Source: an uncultured delta proteobacterium (GTDB lineage Bacteria > Myxococcota_A > Polyangia > Fen-1088). Taken from it: a stretch of 64,000 bases of DNA. The position numbers were made by a program, and so were the translations under genes. Under the pieces are notes generated by a model. That model did not search any database. It was not told the origin of the DNA and was given only the letters and a program-made list of their open reading frames with translations. The stretch is from assembly GCA_963796685.1 (NCBI GenBank), contig CAWCMR010000025.1, forward strand, positions 192,001 through 256,000, given 5' to 3'. Positions 61,796 to 64,000 of the stretch are shown in pieces (position 1 is the first letter of the stretch; every line of letters begins with the position of its first letter).

Positions 61796-63766
61796 CTAGT
61801 CTTTCGTCGCCCTCCGAGCCACCAGCGCATCGACGACCGAGGGATCGGCCAGGGTCGTGAGATCCCCCATCTCGTCGGTCTTGCCGGCGGCGATGTTGCG
61901 CAAAATTCGGCGCATGATCTTGCCCGAGCGGGTCTTGGGCAGCCCCGGCACGATGAGGACGATGTCGGGCGTCGCGAAGGGACCGATGTGGTGGCGAACC
62001 TCGTTCTTGAGCTCGCCGAGCAACTCGGGGCTCTCGTTCCATCCCTCGTTGAGAATCACGAAGGCGAAAATGCCCTGGCCCTTGATGGGGTGCGGATAAC
62101 CGACCACCGCCGCCTCGGCGCACGCGGGATGCGTGACCAGCGCGCTTTCGACCTCGGCGGTTCCCAGGCGATGTCCCGAGACGTTGATGACGTCGTCCAC
62201 GCGGCCGGTGATCCAGTAGTAGCCGTCCTCGTCGCGCCGGCAGCCATCGCCTGTCAAGTAGTAACCATGGAAGGGCCGCAAGTAGGTTTGGATGAAACGC
62301 TCGTGATCGTTCTGGATGGTGCGCGCCATGCCGGGCCAGGGCCGCTTGATGGCCAGCAAACCCATGACGCCGTTCCCTTGAATCTCCTTGCCCTGTTCGT
62401 CGAGCAGCACCGGCTCGATGCCGAAGAACGGGAACGTGGCCGAGCCCGGCTTGAGCGGAGTCGCCCCGGGCAGTGGCGTGATCATGATGCCGCCGGTTTC
62501 CGTCTGCCACCAGGTGTCTACAATGGGGCAGCGGCCCTCGCCCACGACCTCGTGGTACCAACGCCAGGCCTCGGGATTGATGGGCTCGCCCACGGTGCCG
62601 AGAATGCGCAGCGAGGAGCGATCGTGCGCCTTGACGAAGCTGTCGCCCTCGCGAGCGATGGCTCGGATGGCGGTGGGCGTGGAGTAGAGCTGGGTCACGC
62701 GGTGGCGCTCGACGATATCCCAGTAGCGGCCGGCGTCCGGATAGGTCGGCACGCTCTCGAAGAGCAGGGTAGTCGCGCCATTGCAGAGCGGCCCATAGAC
62801 CACATACGAGTGACCGGTGATCCACCCCACGTCGGCCACGCAGGCGTAGATGTCACCGTCGTGGTAGTCGAAGACATAGCGGTGCGTGAGCGCTGCTTGC
62901 AGCAGGTAGCCCGCCGTGGTGTGCGCCACGCCCTTCGGCCTGCCCGTGCTGCCCGAGGTGTAGAGAAGAAAGAGCGTGTCCTCGCTGTCCATGTGCTCGA
63001 TGGGGCAGTAGGGTCGTTCGCTGTCCATGGCCTCGCGCAACCAAACGTCGCGCTGGGGATAGAAGGGAACCTTGTTGCCCGTCCGTCGCGCCACCAGGAC
63101 CGTGCGCACGGTAGGGCAAGCCATCACCGCCTCGTCGACGGTGCGCTTGAGCGGGATGATCTTCCCGCCGCGCACGCCCTCGTCCGCGGTGATGACGGTC
63201 GCACAGCGGGCATCGTTGATACGGTCGCGCAGGCTCTCGGCCGAGAATCCCGCGAACACCACGTTGTGTACCGCGCCGATGCGTGCGCACGCCAGCATGG
63301 CATAGACCGCCTCGGGAATCATGGGCATGTAGATGGCCACGCGATCCCGCTTGCGGACACCATGGTGGCGGAGAACATTGGCCAACCGGCACACTTCACG
63401 TTGCAGCTCGCGGTAGGTAATTTCCTTGCCCTGACCCGGCGTGTCCGATTCCCAAATCAACGCGACTTGATCGCCTCGCGTGGCAACGTGCCGATCGACG
63501 CAATTGTGACAAACGTTGAGTCGCCCATTGAGAAACCAGGACACCTGTCCATATTCGAAATCGCAGTCGCTGGCCTGGCTGAACGGGTGAAACCACGACA
63601 AGGTTTCAAGCGCGCTCCGTCGCCAGAAGCCCTCGGGATCGCCCAAGCTCTCGGCGTGAAGCTTGCGATAGCTCTCGAAAGACGAGATATGCGCTCGTCG
63701 ACTGAGATCGGCGGATGGGACGAACACCTGCGGGGCTGGTTCGGACTTTGGCAAGGTCTCGGGCAT
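61796..63766 (-). CDS. acs: Acetyl-CoA synthetase (AMP-forming)
   Basis: [47 protein letters not shown] and [11 protein letters not shown]; ATG after AAAGGA. Confidence 0.97.
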   Translation of the reverse strand: MPETLPKSEPAPQVFVPSADLSRRAHISSFESYRKLHAESLGDPEGFWRRSALETLSWFHPFSQASDCDFEYGQVSWFLNGRLNVCHNCVDRHVATRGDQVALIWESDTPGQGKEITYRELQREVCRLANVLRHHGVRKRDRVAIYMPMIPEAVYAMLACARIGAVHNVVFAGFSAESLRDRINDARCATVITADEGVRGGKIIPLKRTVDEAVMACPTVRTVLVARRTGNKVPFYPQRDVWLREAMDSERPYCPIEHMDSEDTLFLLYTSGSTGRPKGVAHTTAGYLLQAALTHRYVFDYHDGDIYACVADVGWITGHSYVVYGPLCNGATTLLFESVPTYPDAGRYWDIVERHRVTQLYSTPTAIRAIAREGDSFVKAHDRSSLRILGTVGEPINPEAWRWYHEVVGEGRCPIVDTWWQTETGGIMITPLPGATPLKPGSATFPFFGIEPVLLDEQGKEIQGNGVMGLLAIKRPWPGMARTIQNDHERFIQTYLRPFHGYYLTGDGCRRDEDGYYWITGRVDDVINVSGHRLGTAEVESALVTHPACAEAAVVGYPHPIKGQGIFAFVILNEGWNESPELLGELKNEVRHHIGPFATPDIVLIVPGLPKTRSGKIMRRILRNIAAGKTDEMGDLTTLADPSVVDALVARRATKD

Positions 63767-64000
63767 ATGGGCATCCTTTCGCGCGAGGGCGCCCTTAAGA
63801 TGCTCCGTGCTGTCGATCTGTTGCAGGCGTGCCAAGAGCAGGTTACACAGAACGCCTGGGATATTTCATACCGACGGGGTTGCTGGGCGCGCTTCGCCCC
63901 ATGCTCTAGTCGAGTCGGGGTGCGGCCTCCACGTCCTCAGGGACAGTAGGCGATTTCACACTTCGCGGCGACGCATTCGAAGTGTGCGCATCCCGAGCTG

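Noticed and set aside
63825-63845. TGGCAC elements upstream of acs (and at 31103) as sigma54 promoters
   Set aside because: No GC at the required 10-nt spacing
61151-63949. 932-aa plus-strand ORF
   Set aside because: Antisense shadow of acs and GNAT

Overview
GC-rich 64-kb window from a myxobacterium (Myxococcota, probably Polyangia). This is inferred from MYXO-CTERM tails, Cys-rich repeat lipoproteins, PilZ and DUF4388-like/J-domain proteins, and an ECF-FecR-TPR set. The first ~36 kb is an accessory plant-polysaccharide region. It holds a Na+/sugar symporter end, a LamB porin, GalM, three GH54, two GH39, one GH30 and one GH5. Every hydrolase is either a lipoprotein or carries a MYXO-CTERM tail, and all but one have a long Gly/Ser/Thr linker. 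The region also has a LacI-sugar-binding hybrid kinase, a stand-alone XylR_N/V4R sensor with a small coupled partner, several Cys-rich surface proteins and a probable IS66 remnant. Five unrelated GT-C-fold membrane glycosyltransferases (including TMTC-like and TMEM260-like) are scattered through 7-51 kb. The right half is mostly housekeeping and regulatory: a sigma54 activator, PPTase, acyltransferase-3, gatCAB, PilZ, J-domain protein, DAGK, PP2C, glnE, ECF/anti-sigma, GNAT and acs. It also contains a composite REP/MITE-like repeat. Four +1 frameshifts all fall inside GATC or AGCT palindromes, which suggests methylation-linked basecalling errors rather than pseudogenes. No rRNA, tRNA or CRISPR array was seen. 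All family calls come from motif recognition by eye; no searches were run.
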